Source of the DNA: Spirochaetota bacterium
GTDB lineage: Bacteria > Spirochaetota > UBA4802 > UBA5550
Assembly (NCBI GenBank): GCA_963664815.2
Contig: CAXXHB010000003.1
Location: 4,192,001 to 4,256,000, forward strand
Direction: 5' to 3'
Length of the DNA stretch: 64,000 nt
Translations under genes and position numbers: made by a program
The notes under the pieces: model-generated
What the model was told of the DNA's origin: nothing
The model's database searches: none
The model's input: the letters and a program-made list of their open reading frames with translations, nothing else
Part shown: in pieces, positions 51,810 to 62,479 of the stretch
Position numbering within the stretch: position 1 is the stretch's first letter
Layout of the letters: every line of letters starts with the position of its first letter

Positions 51810-53258
51810 CACAGAGGCTGTTAGCTCGGCATTACCATTAATATCATTATTCAGGCCAACAGAAAAATCAACATGTTCTGCAGATAAGACCTCCCTATTA
51901 AAAAAAGCATATGAAGGCTCAACAAAGTATGATGTAATTATTTCCACCCCTTTAAACAGGGCAAGCGACCCTAAAAGTACATTTCTTTCCCTCCTCTCTT
52001 CTGTATACACAGCATAACCGGCAAGAGACATCTCTCCGATATAAATCCCCCAGCCACTCCATCTGTAACCTTTATAAAACATTCCACCACCAGGCACAAA
52101 AACCGACAGCACTGCAGCTGATATATCATGATCGACAAACTGCGGCGGGAGCATATTCTTTTCTCTATAGTTATAGGTAAGCTGGCTGAAAAATGAAACA
52201 GCAAACGTAAGTGGCAACGTGCTCCATGTGTAATAATTTAATCTCTTCATCCGGTCTGATCTGTCGGAATCTTCCACCCATGGAAAAAAATTTACTTCAA
52301 AATCTGCAAGCAGGGGGACAAGACCCAAATGGACAGCAGCAAGGGATGAAGTAAGAACAATCCCCGCTGTATCGGCCTTTCCTTTATCAATTCCCATGTA
52401 TTCAAGCGAAAGAAAAGAACCGTAACCCGGGAGACAGAAATTTGCCCCCTCGTTAATTATACATGTACCTTTAATTGACTCCTTTATCCGCCCGTTTCTT
52501 TTATCCAGGAAATCATCCGTACCGTAGACTCTGACAGTATTCTCTACAATCTCATAATTTATTTTTTTTATTATTTTTTCAAGATCAGGATAAATCTTAA
52601 ACTCCAGAGTTTCCCCCTTTGTGAAAAATTTACCATATACAACCGATGTATATCTGGAAACATCTTTTATTACTATTTGTCCTGCGTCTGTATTATAGCA
52701 ACCTTTTTCTAGACCATGCCACTGCCCAGAATCTATTAAAGCAGATCCATTATCAAAAATTTCGAGAACAGTACTCTTAAGAGTTACTCTATTCATAAGA
52801 TTTGCAAATTCACGCGCTGCTTTAAGCGGTAGATTCTCAGGTAACCGTGATTTTATAATTTTCTCTGACTTCATGCTTTTGTATTTATCGTTTAAAGGAA
52901 TAAGTTCCAGTTTTAAAACATAATCACCCTTTTCTTCCATGCATGTTATTACAGAAAAAATATCAGTTTTTAGATAAATTGCGGCATTCCTGTAAAGACT
53001 ACTCCTGTCTGAACCTTCACTTTTTTCAACTGCGGCCTTCTTGTAGTTATACTCTACCGGAATAAGCCGACCTGCTGAAAAACATACTTCAATAAGAGCC
53101 GACTCGCTACCTTTAAGAATTTCATCACATACAGGATTCCCGGTGTATGAAGGAAAAACAACAAAATCACCTTTTACAGTTATTTCTCCATAGACACCTG
53201 AGCAGAATACGAAAAAAATCAGAACGAAACCCAGTTTTATTTTTTTATATTTCATCAC
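51795..53258 (-). CDS. Hypothetical exported/membrane protein
   Basis: Signal peptide; two PG.G motifs (FCLPGYG, FVPGGGMFY) ahead of hydrophobic helices; terminal Phe. Confidence 0.7.
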   Translation of the reverse strand: MMKYKKIKLGFVLIFFVFCSGVYGEITVKGDFVVFPSYTGNPVCDEILKGSESALIEVCFSAGRLIPVEYNYKKAAVEKSEGSDRSSLYRNAAIYLKTDIFSVITCMEEKGDYVLKLELIPLNDKYKSMKSEKIIKSRLPENLPLKAAREFANLMNRVTLKSTVLEIFDNGSALIDSGQWHGLEKGCYNTDAGQIVIKDVSRYTSVVYGKFFTKGETLEFKIYPDLEKIIKKINYEIVENTVRVYGTDDFLDKRNGRIKESIKGTCIINEGANFCLPGYGSFLSLEYMGIDKGKADTAGIVLTSSLAAVHLGLVPLLADFEVNFFPWVEDSDRSDRMKRLNYYTWSTLPLTFAVSFFSQLTYNYREKNMLPPQFVDHDISAAVLSVFVPGGGMFYKGYRWSGWGIYIGEMSLAGYAVYTEERRERNVLLGSLALFKGVEIITSYFVEPSYAFFNREVLSAEHVDFSVGLNNDINGNAELTASVSLNF

Positions 53259-53478
53259 CTGTTGTTTTTTCCCTTAATTGTTCATGAATTTTTTATATTG
53301 CTACAACTATTTCTTAATATTTTATTTATTATTAATCTGCTCCATCAACAATGATGGAGATGCTATATTCTTTTCATTTGCAAGACAGCTTACTATTATG
53401 AAATATTCATCCTTCCAGGCTTTTTTTAATTGAAAAAAATAATATATCTGATTGATTTAATGAAATTATATTTTTATT

Positions 53479-54506
53479 ATGAAATTTAAATCTACCATAA
53501 TACTGATTCTATTTTTTAATATACTGTCAGTAAAAACATTATATTCAGAGAATAATTATTCCGGTTTTTCGTTCACATTATCCACTGGTCCATCCTATAT
53601 TACCGGTTTTTATAAAGATTTTTTAACAGGCGGTTCATCTACCGGATTCAATACATATTATAACTTTCCTTTTTTTATCAGCAACACTTATTTCAATAGC
53701 GGCTTATTCTATAATCACTACTTTATGGCATTGAGCAGTGATTCAATTTTAAGTCAGTATGATATTTTTGGCGGATTCGGAATTTTTTATTCTCTCTTGT
53801 CTTTTCTGGATATATAAACTGGTATTAACATCCATGGAATATACACCAGACTTGTTACTGATAATACCGGAAGAAAAGAACACTCCCTTAAACCGGCAAT
53901 TTCATATAATATCGGAGCAATGATATACCTGGGGAAAGGACTCGGACTTTGTGTCCTTTCTGATTACAAGCAAATGAAATTTTCAAATGAAAACTTTTCC
54001 GTTATTGATGTTACCGCAGGCTTAACATATAACTATAACTCATACCTTCATGAACTGGAACTGATATCCAAATCTGAAAAAACATTAATAATGTTCAACC
54101 GTGGTCTTGCCGAGTTTAAAAAAAGAAAAATTTTAATGACGCTAAAACTATACTTAATGATCTTTACAGGATAGATAAAACCTATCATGGTCTTGATTAT
54201 TACTTAAAAAAATTGATGAGATTGAACATAATAAAGCATCAACGGATATTTATATAAAACAGCAGAATTACCTGAAAGCAATACCGTATCTTGAAGAATG
54301 TTCCGCCTATATAAAAGAATGTGAGCTTCAATTACTCAGCCAGAGAAAATTATTAAAAGTAAACGTCACTATGTGGGAAACCGATGGCATCAGACTGTAT
54401 GATGGAAAGGATTCTCCTGGTGGATCCTGAAAACCAGAATGCCAATATTTATCTGCCCAGTGCGATAAAACGCCATAAGGCTATAGAATCCATGCAGGGT
54501 AGATAA
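53479..54506 (+). pseudogene. Disrupted outer-membrane beta-barrel + TPR protein gene
   Basis: In-frame TAA at 53815-53817 (53920 ORF is in the same frame); frameshifts near A-runs at 54118-54130 and 54206-54212 and near 54400; remnants FNDAK, NYLKAIPYLE, ERILLVDPENQNANIYL; final TAA at 54504-54506. Confidence 0.75.
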
Positions 54507-54509
54507 ATA

Positions 54510-57241
54510 TTGAAAATAAAATATAAACTTGTACTGATATTCATTCTCTTTACAATGATTATCCTTATTCCATTTATCAGCATCCTGATTAACAAACTTG
54601 AATCTGAAACACTGAATTATACAATTACTCAGAGTAAAACAAACAGTAAAATCTTTTCAAAATCAGTATTGAATATTCTTATGATGAACGGTGGAGACAT
54701 ATATTCATCCAGTGTTGATATCAAAGACATGACATCAATGCTTGAACCACTTATGGAAGAAGGGCTTGTTTACGCAGATGCAATTCTTCTTTCATCTGAT
54801 CCTGAGAAAAACGGAATTATCCTCGCATCCCTTAAAGATGAGAGCCAACCCATATCATTACATTATCCCATGCAGAAAATTGGAACCGAAGAAATCGGAA
54901 AAATGATGGATGTAAAAAATAGTTACAGGGAGTTACCTCTGAACGAAAAATTTATTGAATTTATATCAACCGGTAACCTGCCGGGAAAGGAACCTTTCTG
55001 TATTGCAAGATTAATTATCAGCAAACCAAAAGCACTGAGACAAATAACCGCACTTAAATTATATCTTAACATTACAGTTATAATTCTTTTACTAATTGCC
55101 ATAATCCTTGCATTTGTATTTGGAGAGTATATTGCAAGACCAATAATTGTTCTTACTGATGGGGTTAAGGAAATAGAATCTGGAAACTAAAGGTATAACG
55201 TCTGCATAAATCAGCAGGATGAAATCGGTAAGCTCGCTTCAACTTTCAATAAAATGACATTAATGATACATCTGAAGATTACAGAACTTGAACAGGCAAA
55301 TGAAGACCTGACCAAATTGGATAAACTCAAAGATGAATTTCTAGCCAACACTTCACATGAACTTAAAACACAGGTTCATGGAATCCTCGGCCTAACCGAA
55401 TCTCTTATGGATGGTACCTGTGGAGATCTAAGTATCAATGCCCGGCAATTTCTTTCAATGATACTACAGAGCAGTCGACGTCTTGCGAAACTTGTAAATG
55501 ATATTATTGATTTTTCAGAACTTAAAAGCAGAAATATTAAACTTCTTAAGATGAGTATTGACCTCGGGTCAATGGCTGAGACAGTTATAGCAATGATCAA
55601 ACCCGCTATCACTGATAAAAACATTGCTATAATAAATAATATTAAACCCGGAGAATATTATGTTTTTGCTGATGAAAAGAGGCTTCAACAAATACTCCTT
55701 AACCTCACGGAAAATGCCGTCAAGTTTACGGAAAGTGGAAGTATAAATATCTCTGCAGATACTCTTCCCTCTGGAGAGTGTATAATTGCAATTTCCGATA
55801 CGGGAATGGGAATTCCGAAAGATAAACAAAAACTTATTTTTGAATCATTCGTTCAATCAGACGGTTCCACATCAAGAAAATATGGAGGAACAGGGCTGGG
55901 ACTGTCAATAACAAAAAATCTTGTTGAGCTTCATGGTGGAACAATCAGTTTAAACTCGAAACAGGAGGAAGGTTCAACTTTTTATTTTACAACAAAACCG
56001 TCTGAAAACCTTCAACGGAAATAAACACCTATCCAACTGATCGCTTTGCCGCTTTTAACACCGGCTCTACTCATCTGATAACCGATCTGAATACCGATAT
56101 AACATCAGGTGCCAGGGTAATGATAGTCGACGATGATTTAATTAATCTCCAGCTTCTTCTAAATCAGCTTACAAAAGAAGGTTATTCTGTCAGTTCATTC
56201 TCAGAAGGGAAAGAAGCACTTGCAAATATTGAATCAGGAGATTATTACGACATTATTCTTCTTGATGTCATGATGCCCGAAGTTTCCGGATACGAAGTCT
56301 GCAGTAAAATTCGTGAAAAATTTACCTCTTATGATCTCCCCATTATTATGCTCATTGCAAAAAATACTAAACAGGATATTATAACAGGTATAAAGCTCGG
56401 GGCAAATGATTACATTACCAAGCCTTTTGATAAGGAGGTACTTCTTGCAAGAGTTAAAAGGTAGATATCTCTAAAAAAGGCGGTTGAAGAACAAAACAAA
56501 TTCATAGCAGTTAAACAGGAGCTTGAAATTGCGAGAAATATTCAGCTTGCAATACTCCCTCAAACACTACCAGACATATGTGGCCTTTCAATCAGTGCAA
56601 GGTATGAACCGATGATGTAAATTGGTGGCGATTTCTGCGACTTTATCCAACTGGATGACAAAAGAATAGGCATACTCATTGCCGATGTCGCAGGACATGG
56701 TATACCAGCTGCTCTTATAAGCTCTATGGTAAAAATAGCTTACTATATGTCTTATGATTCATTGACAAATCCGGCAAAACTTCTGGAAAAGATGAACACT
56801 TCACTCATTGACCATATTTATGGCCGTTTTATTACAGTATTTTATAGTTTTATCGATCTTCAGGAGATGAAAATGACATTCTCTAACGCTGCACATTGGC
56901 CTATGTATATTCACAATAAGGAAAACAACAATCTTCGTGAACTGACAGTCCGAGGTAAACCGATTGGTTTAAACCGTGATGAGAAATACAAAAATATCAC
57001 AATAGATATAAAGAAAAATGAAAGGCTTGTATTCTTTACAGATAGAGTTGTTGAAGAGAGAGATATAAATAACACCCAAATAAACGAAGTAACTCTCGAA
57101 AGGATAATTAAGGAGAATTCGCAAATGGCTCCGGAACTTCTAATAGATACAATTTTTAATTCAATTTACAAATATTCAAAAAACTACAGAAAGTCTGGTC
57201 TTGAAGATGACGCAACAATGGTTGTGGTTGATATAATCTAA
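54510..57241 (+). pseudogene. Disrupted hybrid sensor: TM-HAMP-HisKA-HATPase-REC-SpoIIE/PP2C
   Basis: In-frame TAA 55188-55190 inside HAMP (GN*RYNV..DEIGKL); frameshift near 56010; in-frame TAG 56462-56464; in-frame TAA 56618-56620 (PMM*IGGDF); ADVAGHG and EDDAT PP2C motifs. Confidence 0.9.
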
Positions 57242-58320
57242 TACTTCAACTCTACAAGAACAGGTTGATATTTGTCAGGGTCAATATAAATCAGAAATAA
57301 ATTTCTTCCGGAACTGAATATTTCTTTTCCTGAATATGCCCACATAGTTGCACCTACTGTTTTTTTTACTTTATGAACTACCTCTTTTTTAGCAGAATGT
57401 AATTTTGAAAAATCTTTGAACCTGACCTGAACTATATCTCCTGTAAAAATCCTTGAATAAATTACAATATACTCTTTCATATATTCATTATAAGATAGTG
57501 AACATTCGCCGGACACATCGTCTGAAAACTCCCCTGCATTTTTTACATCATGAATCCAATCCCCGGAAGATGAAAGATAAGTATAGGCCGCCCTTTTTTC
57601 TATATCCTCCATCCTTACCCTTGAAAAATATAATGGAAATTCATTGGTATTTTTTTTAAAATGCCCGGCAAGATAAACATATCCATTTCTTTCCATAACC
57701 GCCGCGCCGAAAAAGGGCTCTCCTTTTTCAAAGAGTGGCCCAAGCCTCTGGAAGTCAATTCTGTCTCCCGGCTTCCACCCGCTCGGGATGTTCCAGCGTG
57801 CAAGCCCCGTGTAGAGAACATGAAAATCAAGAAAATCTGCGCGCTCAGGAACATACACATGGAGATAATATACATATACTTTATCCCCGGAACGAATTCC
57901 ATCAAAAGCCCAGAATCTGTGGTTAAGAGGATTTTCGTTTTTGTTATTTTTTATGAACTGTGCGATTTTATTATTCTCTTTATAAAAAAAGAGTTTTATG
58001 TTTTTGTAATTTCTTTCAGTAATCTTCTCACTCCACGCTATTGAGTTTGAGATCATGCCATCGATAAACGCCTCATTTTTATCGGCCTCGAGGCGTCCCT
58101 TTTCACTTTTCCATCTCCCGGTGATTGTATCTGCAAATGTCCAGAGAGTGACCTCATCGCTGAATTTTATTGAACATACGCCGTCCTGTCCTATGACTGA
58201 TTCAAGTCTAGAAGAGGCAAATATCCCATGCTCAATTGATTGAGGTTTATATACACATGATGTTATGTTTACTGGCATAAAAAAAATAATAAATAGGAGA
58301 GCTGAGATTGAACGGTTCAT
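57238..58320 (-). CDS. DUF4185/DUF5005-like putative lipoprotein (beta-propeller, possible glycosidase)
   Basis: ITSC lipobox; GQDG..SI, TLWTFADT, FGAAV..NGYVY, ECSLSYN. Confidence 0.65.
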   Translation of the reverse strand: MNRSISALLFIIFFMPVNITSCVYKPQSIEHGIFASSRLESVIGQDGVCSIKFSDEVTLWTFADTITGRWKSEKGRLEADKNEAFIDGMISNSIAWSEKITERNYKNIKLFFYKENNKIAQFIKNNKNENPLNHRFWAFDGIRSGDKVYVYYLHVYVPERADFLDFHVLYTGLARWNIPSGWKPGDRIDFQRLGPLFEKGEPFFGAAVMERNGYVYLAGHFKKNTNEFPLYFSRVRMEDIEKRAAYTYLSSSGDWIHDVKNAGEFSDDVSGECSLSYNEYMKEYIVIYSRIFTGDIVQVRFKDFSKLHSAKKEVVHKVKKTVGATMWAYSGKEIFSSGRNLFLIYIDPDKYQPVLVELKY

Positions 58321-58326
58321 GCCTGA

Positions 58327-58923
58327 TTATGGTACTGCCACACATCGGACAGCTTTCTTCTTTGGTTTATCTGTTATATCATTACCAGCCCAGTTTTTTA
58401 AGTAAAAACTATCCCATTGCACGACGCCAGTATAAAAATTTACAGCCCAGATCAGATTAGTAAAACCGGTTAAAAGTGTGGAACTCCAATAGTGCTCATA
58501 ACATAAATTTGAAACACAATATGAATCCCAAAAAGCTGAGTAATCATTTCCTAAGTCTGCTGTTGTCACAGCGCAGTGAAAGGCCAGTTCAATCACCTGA
58601 TTATAATTGTTTGTAGATGTAGGATTATGATGAAAATAGACAATGCTCTGAAGCTCCCGTATTGTAGGCAATCTCCAGTCTGATCTCCCTTCATGAACGA
58701 GATTTTTACATACGGTTATCGCCTCGGCCCATGTGTAAAGTTTTTTTGTCCCTTTACAGTTAAAGTCATATATCGGTTTATCATCTGTCGACATGGGACA
58801 TCTTGTCCAGTACAATCCTGTACTTTTATCAAGAACAACTCCTCTTGATAAAACGCTATAAATCTTTGTGCTAAAAACAAGTATTGCGGCGATCAGAACT
58901 AAACAAATAATTATCTTTTTCAA
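58327..58923 (-). CDS. DUF1566 (Lcl C-terminal, C-lectin-like) exported protein
   Basis: VLDKSTGLYW, WAEA..C, DWRLPTIREL, YWSST, W.VNF..G, VRCV; TTG start. Confidence 0.9.
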   Translation of the reverse strand: MKKIIICLVLIAAILVFSTKIYSVLSRGVVLDKSTGLYWTRCPMSTDDKPIYDFNCKGTKKLYTWAEAITVCKNLVHEGRSDWRLPTIRELQSIVYFHHNPTSTNNYNQVIELAFHCAVTTADLGNDYSAFWDSYCVSNLCYEHYWSSTLLTGFTNLIWAVNFYTGVVQWDSFYLKNWAGNDITDKPKKKAVRCVAVP

Positions 58924-58944
58924 GCCGGATCTTTTATTCCTCCC

Positions 58945-59748
58945 CTAACACATCTTACATACTGTTTTTTCAAAAGAGAGATCCACGTTCAGCTTGCGTT
59001 TAAAATCAACACTTTTTGTACAATTGCCACCTGACTGGAAACAGTTTTTTTGTTTAAAATAAACTATCCAGCCATAATCAATAGTTTCAAAATAATCACT
59101 AATAAAAAGTTTAGATGTAAACGTCCAGTAACCTTCATCTATTGTGTATTCAGTCCCTGGGAAAACGTTTGTGTCAATCTGAGGATCATCTGTTAAAGTA
59201 TTATCAAAATTGATAATACTCATCATTTCAGAAACTCTTGGTAAACTCCAATCATTATAGCCTGCATAGTGCTGCAAGGTATCATTATCGTCTGAATCGA
59301 TTCCATTCATCGTTTTTTTACAGAACTCAACCGCATTTATCCATTCCATTTTAACATGAGTTTTAGTACACCCTGCCGTTGTATCCATGGCATATACTTC
59401 ATCTCCGCTGTAAGGTGTATTATCAGGATCACTTGCCAGATAAACGGAACATCTTGTCCACATAAGCCCAGTAGTTTTATCATGCACTACATTGCCATCT
59501 CCGCCAGATACTACTCCGGGATTTGTATCAGGATTTATTATATAATTCCCGGCGGTATTTAAAGCAGGCAACCTGAAATATGTTGTTCTTAATAACGCAT
59601 CATTATCAGAAATTACAACATCAAAAGGGGCTATAAAGTCCTCCTCATCCTGCATTGCATCCAGAAAGGAATCGCTGAAACAACCTGATAACATCAGCAG
59701 GAATGGTGTAAGCAACACTAAAGATATTATTATTCGTATAAATCTCAT
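58945..59748 (-). CDS. DUF1566 lipoprotein with a frameshifted C-terminus
   Basis: LSGC lipobox; VHDKTTGLMW, AGYNDWSLP..EM, YWT; the YVRCVRG end lies in another frame after the A6 run at 58965-58970. Confidence 0.85.
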   Translation of the reverse strand: MRFIRIIISLVLLTPFLLMLSGCFSDSFLDAMQDEEDFIAPFDVVISDNDALLRTTYFRLPALNTAGNYIINPDTNPGVVSGGDGNVVHDKTTGLMWTRCSVYLASDPDNTPYSGDEVYAMDTTAGCTKTHVKMEWINAVEFCKKTMNGIDSDDNDTLQHYAGYNDWSLPRVSEMMSIINFDNTLTDDPQIDTNVFPGTEYTIDEGYWTFTSKLFISDYFETIDYGWIVYFKQKNCFQSGGNCTKSVDFKRKLNVDLSFEKTVCKMC

Positions 59749-59760
59749 AAATTAAAAAAC

Positions 59761-59797
59761 CAATTCAACAATAATCAGGTTCTTGTTGAATTGTCAA
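59761..59797 (-). promoter_or_regulatory. Putative sigma-70 promoter overlapped by a perfect 11-bp inverted repeat
   Basis: Minus strand TTGACA (59797-59792)-N18-TATTGT; CAATTCAACAA-N11-TTGTTGAATTG at 59761-59793. Confidence 0.5.
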
Positions 59798-60369
59798 TAT
59801 TAATCAGGCTTAACAAATAACATGAATTTGCTGAATTACCCCATTTTTATAACCCTGCTCTTTGATTCCTGGAGTTCCAGAAAATATTATATTTTATTTC
59901 TATTTTTAAATATCTTAAATTAATCACTTTAAAAATTTGATTTTTTTATTTTTTTTTATAAATTCCCTTTAACTAATACTAGCTGTATATAATAAGTAAT
60001 CAAGCCATTGCAGTGAAATTAATTCTGATGATTGCTGATTATTCCTGATCAACAATCTGAAAAAGAAAAATTAAAATAGCGAGAGATATTATGAAACCAG
60101 GATATTTCAGGCTGTTTGTTAATCTTCTGCTTATATCCTTTTTCTGTATTACTCTTCGGAATGTTCCTAATAATATAACACATGAAATTAAATTCCACTG
60201 CTCTGTTCTATACAAAGTAACTCTTGTAGCATTGTACATAATACTCTTTACCCTGCATACATGCAGAAAACACAATATTTTCAGTTTCCAGAAATATATC
60301 ATTTTTCAACTTCGATGCATACTGATAAGACAGTCTCTCAGTATGTGCTTGGAATTTTCAGGGTAGAAA

Positions 60370-61755
60370 ATGTATTCAAATATTTTTCATAAAATAGATA
60401 CATTTGTCACCAACACTTCAGCGATCATTTACATCCGCAATGATGATTCTTTGCTTATTATAAGGCCCGATAAAATTCAACATCTCAACAAAACAAGTTT
60501 TGAAATGCTTTACTCACTATATAGGGAGAAAGCTGGTGCCGAAAAGACCGTTCAGATGGTTCATGAAAAATATGGAGTGAAAAAGGATATTATAATTAAA
60601 ACTCTTTCTGAAATTGTAAAGTCATTAAGTGCCACCATGAAAGAGGAGTGTAAAGGCCTAGAGAAAATTCCGATACTGGATTCTAATCCTGACAATATTA
60701 AATTTCCAATACTGTCAGAAATTGCACTTACATACAAATGCCAGAATAAATGTGATTTTTGTTCTTCATTAAGCCCATACATCAGAAATGACTTTAATGA
60801 GATGACTACACAACAGGTAAAGTTCATTATTGACAGAATTTTCGATGAAGCCAGGGTACCAACTATATCTTTCATCGGCGGTGAACCTACAATGAGAATA
60901 GATCTCCCCGAGCTGATTGAACACGCAGTTAAAAAAGGTATAAGAACAAATCTTAATACCAATGGTATAAAATGTTCAGACAAAGAACTTGTTATGAAAC
61001 TTTCCACAGCAGGATTACATTCTGCACAGGTTCGCCTTGAATCACATGACGAGATGATACATAACAGAATAACAGGAAACATGGAATCCTTCAAAAAAAC
61101 TATAAAAGGGATACATTTACTAAAAAAAGCCGGTATACTTACCTGCACTAATACCACTATTAACCGCTGGAACAGGGACCATCTTATTCCTCTGGCAAAA
61201 TTTATCAAAGATGAATTCAACTCTAAATATCTTTCATTAAGTATAATAATCACCTCTGAAAATTCGAGCGATCAAAATAATATACAAATCGAATATTCCT
61301 CAATCTTATCAATCCTTGAACCTGTTTTAAAATTCTGTGACAAATCAGGGATTAAGCTGATATGGAACTCACCCACTCCTTATTGTATATTCAATCCAAT
61401 AGAACACAATCTAGGCTCAAAAGTATATGCGTGTGTTTCTGAACTGCTTTCAATAAATTCCAGAGGAGATTTAATCCCATGTTCTAATTACAATCGGGGA
61501 ATAGGAAATCTTCTTAAAAATTCATTCGAGCACATATGGAACAGCAAGGAAGCACTTTACTTCAGGAGATGGAGGTATATTCCTCCCGTTTGTAAAAAAT
61601 GCGGAATGAAAAATCTCTGTAAAGGAGCTTTCCCTCTCTACCGGGGAAATTTCGGATCATTTAAAGAAATTGAAAAAATTAATAAAAAAAGACCATTAAT
61701 TGGCAACCTTTTATGGTCTATTGAAAACAGGCTTAACTATAAACAATTGATATGA
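60370..61755 (+). CDS. Radical SAM/SPASM protein with N-terminal PqqD/RRE-like domain
   Basis: HLNKTSFEML...VHEKYGV RRE-like region; CQNKCDFC; GGEP; NTNG; GDLIPC, IGNL, IWNS, CKKC.....C. Confidence 0.9.
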   Translation: MYSNIFHKIDTFVTNTSAIIYIRNDDSLLIIRPDKIQHLNKTSFEMLYSLYREKAGAEKTVQMVHEKYGVKKDIIIKTLSEIVKSLSATMKEECKGLEKIPILDSNPDNIKFPILSEIALTYKCQNKCDFCSSLSPYIRNDFNEMTTQQVKFIIDRIFDEARVPTISFIGGEPTMRIDLPELIEHAVKKGIRTNLNTNGIKCSDKELVMKLSTAGLHSAQVRLESHDEMIHNRITGNMESFKKTIKGIHLLKKAGILTCTNTTINRWNRDHLIPLAKFIKDEFNSKYLSLSIIITSENSSDQNNIQIEYSSILSILEPVLKFCDKSGIKLIWNSPTPYCIFNPIEHNLGSKVYACVSELLSINSRGDLIPCSNYNRGIGNLLKNSFEHIWNSKEALYFRRWRYIPPVCKKCGMKNLCKGAFPLYRGNFGSFKEIEKINKKRPLIGNLLWSIENRLNYKQLI

Positions 61756-61940
61756 ATTAATTTTTTTTCAGTCAGCAATTTGTTTAAAATCCATACTTTG
61801 GAAATTAAATGTCTGCAAAATGATTTTTTAAAAATACTTGCAGAAAAAAAATCTTCTAATTATATTATGAAAAAAAACTGGATCATACTTTACTGTTTTT
61901 GGTGACAAGTTGTATAAAAAAATAAGGGAGCAATTGCAAA

Positions 61941-62435
61941 ATGGCTTTTAAAATTATTATAGGTTCATCACTTATTATCATAGGGCTTTTATCTGAATTA
62001 ATGGGCCTTCTTTTTATTATTGTCAGTTCAGGGCTGCCCTCACGCTTAATAGCTGCAGCTATTTTCTTTACTTCCGGTCTTCCAATACTCATTATCGGAT
62101 TCAAGTTTTTCAAGGATGGGATGGTATTAAGACCTGAAATTATAAAGTCTGGTATATTAAAAACCGCAGCATCACACAACGGCGAGTTAACTAAAGAGAT
62201 ATTGACAGAGAGAACAGGTTGGAACAACCTGGTCACATATGAAATTGGTGATATGATAAAAAGAAGAATTGTCAAAATCGAAGAACGCAACGGTAAAACC
62301 TTTTATATATTCCCTGAATACCAGACTAAGTACATTCAGAATAAATGTCCCTTCTGCAACAATGACTACCCTGTAAAGAATGATCTGCAAAAATGCCCAA
62401 CATGCGGTGGAGATTTAAAATTTCTTCAGGCTTGA
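61941..62435 (+). CDS. 2-TM membrane protein with winged-helix-like region and C-terminal zinc ribbon
   Basis: Two TM helices; ILKTA..HNGELT; CPFC...CPTCGG; AGGGAG RBS. Confidence 0.75.
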   Translation: MAFKIIIGSSLIIIGLLSELMGLLFIIVSSGLPSRLIAAAIFFTSGLPILIIGFKFFKDGMVLRPEIIKSGILKTAASHNGELTKEILTERTGWNNLVTYEIGDMIKRRIVKIEERNGKTFYIFPEYQTKYIQNKCPFCNNDYPVKNDLQKCPTCGGDLKFLQA

Positions 62436-62479
62436 TCAACTCCCTTACGATGCATTTTAATCTTAACTGACATAAATAT

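Noticed and set aside
53815-56620. Stop-codon reassignment or pyrrolysine/readthrough at the in-frame TAA/TAG codons
   Set aside because: TAA and TAG terminate normal genes throughout the window, the stops co-occur with frameshifts, and catalytic motifs are also mutated.
58327-59748. Diversity-generating retroelement targeting the DUF1566 C-termini
   Set aside because: No reverse transcriptase and no template repeat differing only at adenines was seen in this window; a remote DGR cannot be excluded.
60561-61253. 230-aa minus-strand ORF and the many other short ORFs overlapping called genes
   Set aside because: They lie antisense to or out of frame within well-supported genes and show no recognisable motifs.
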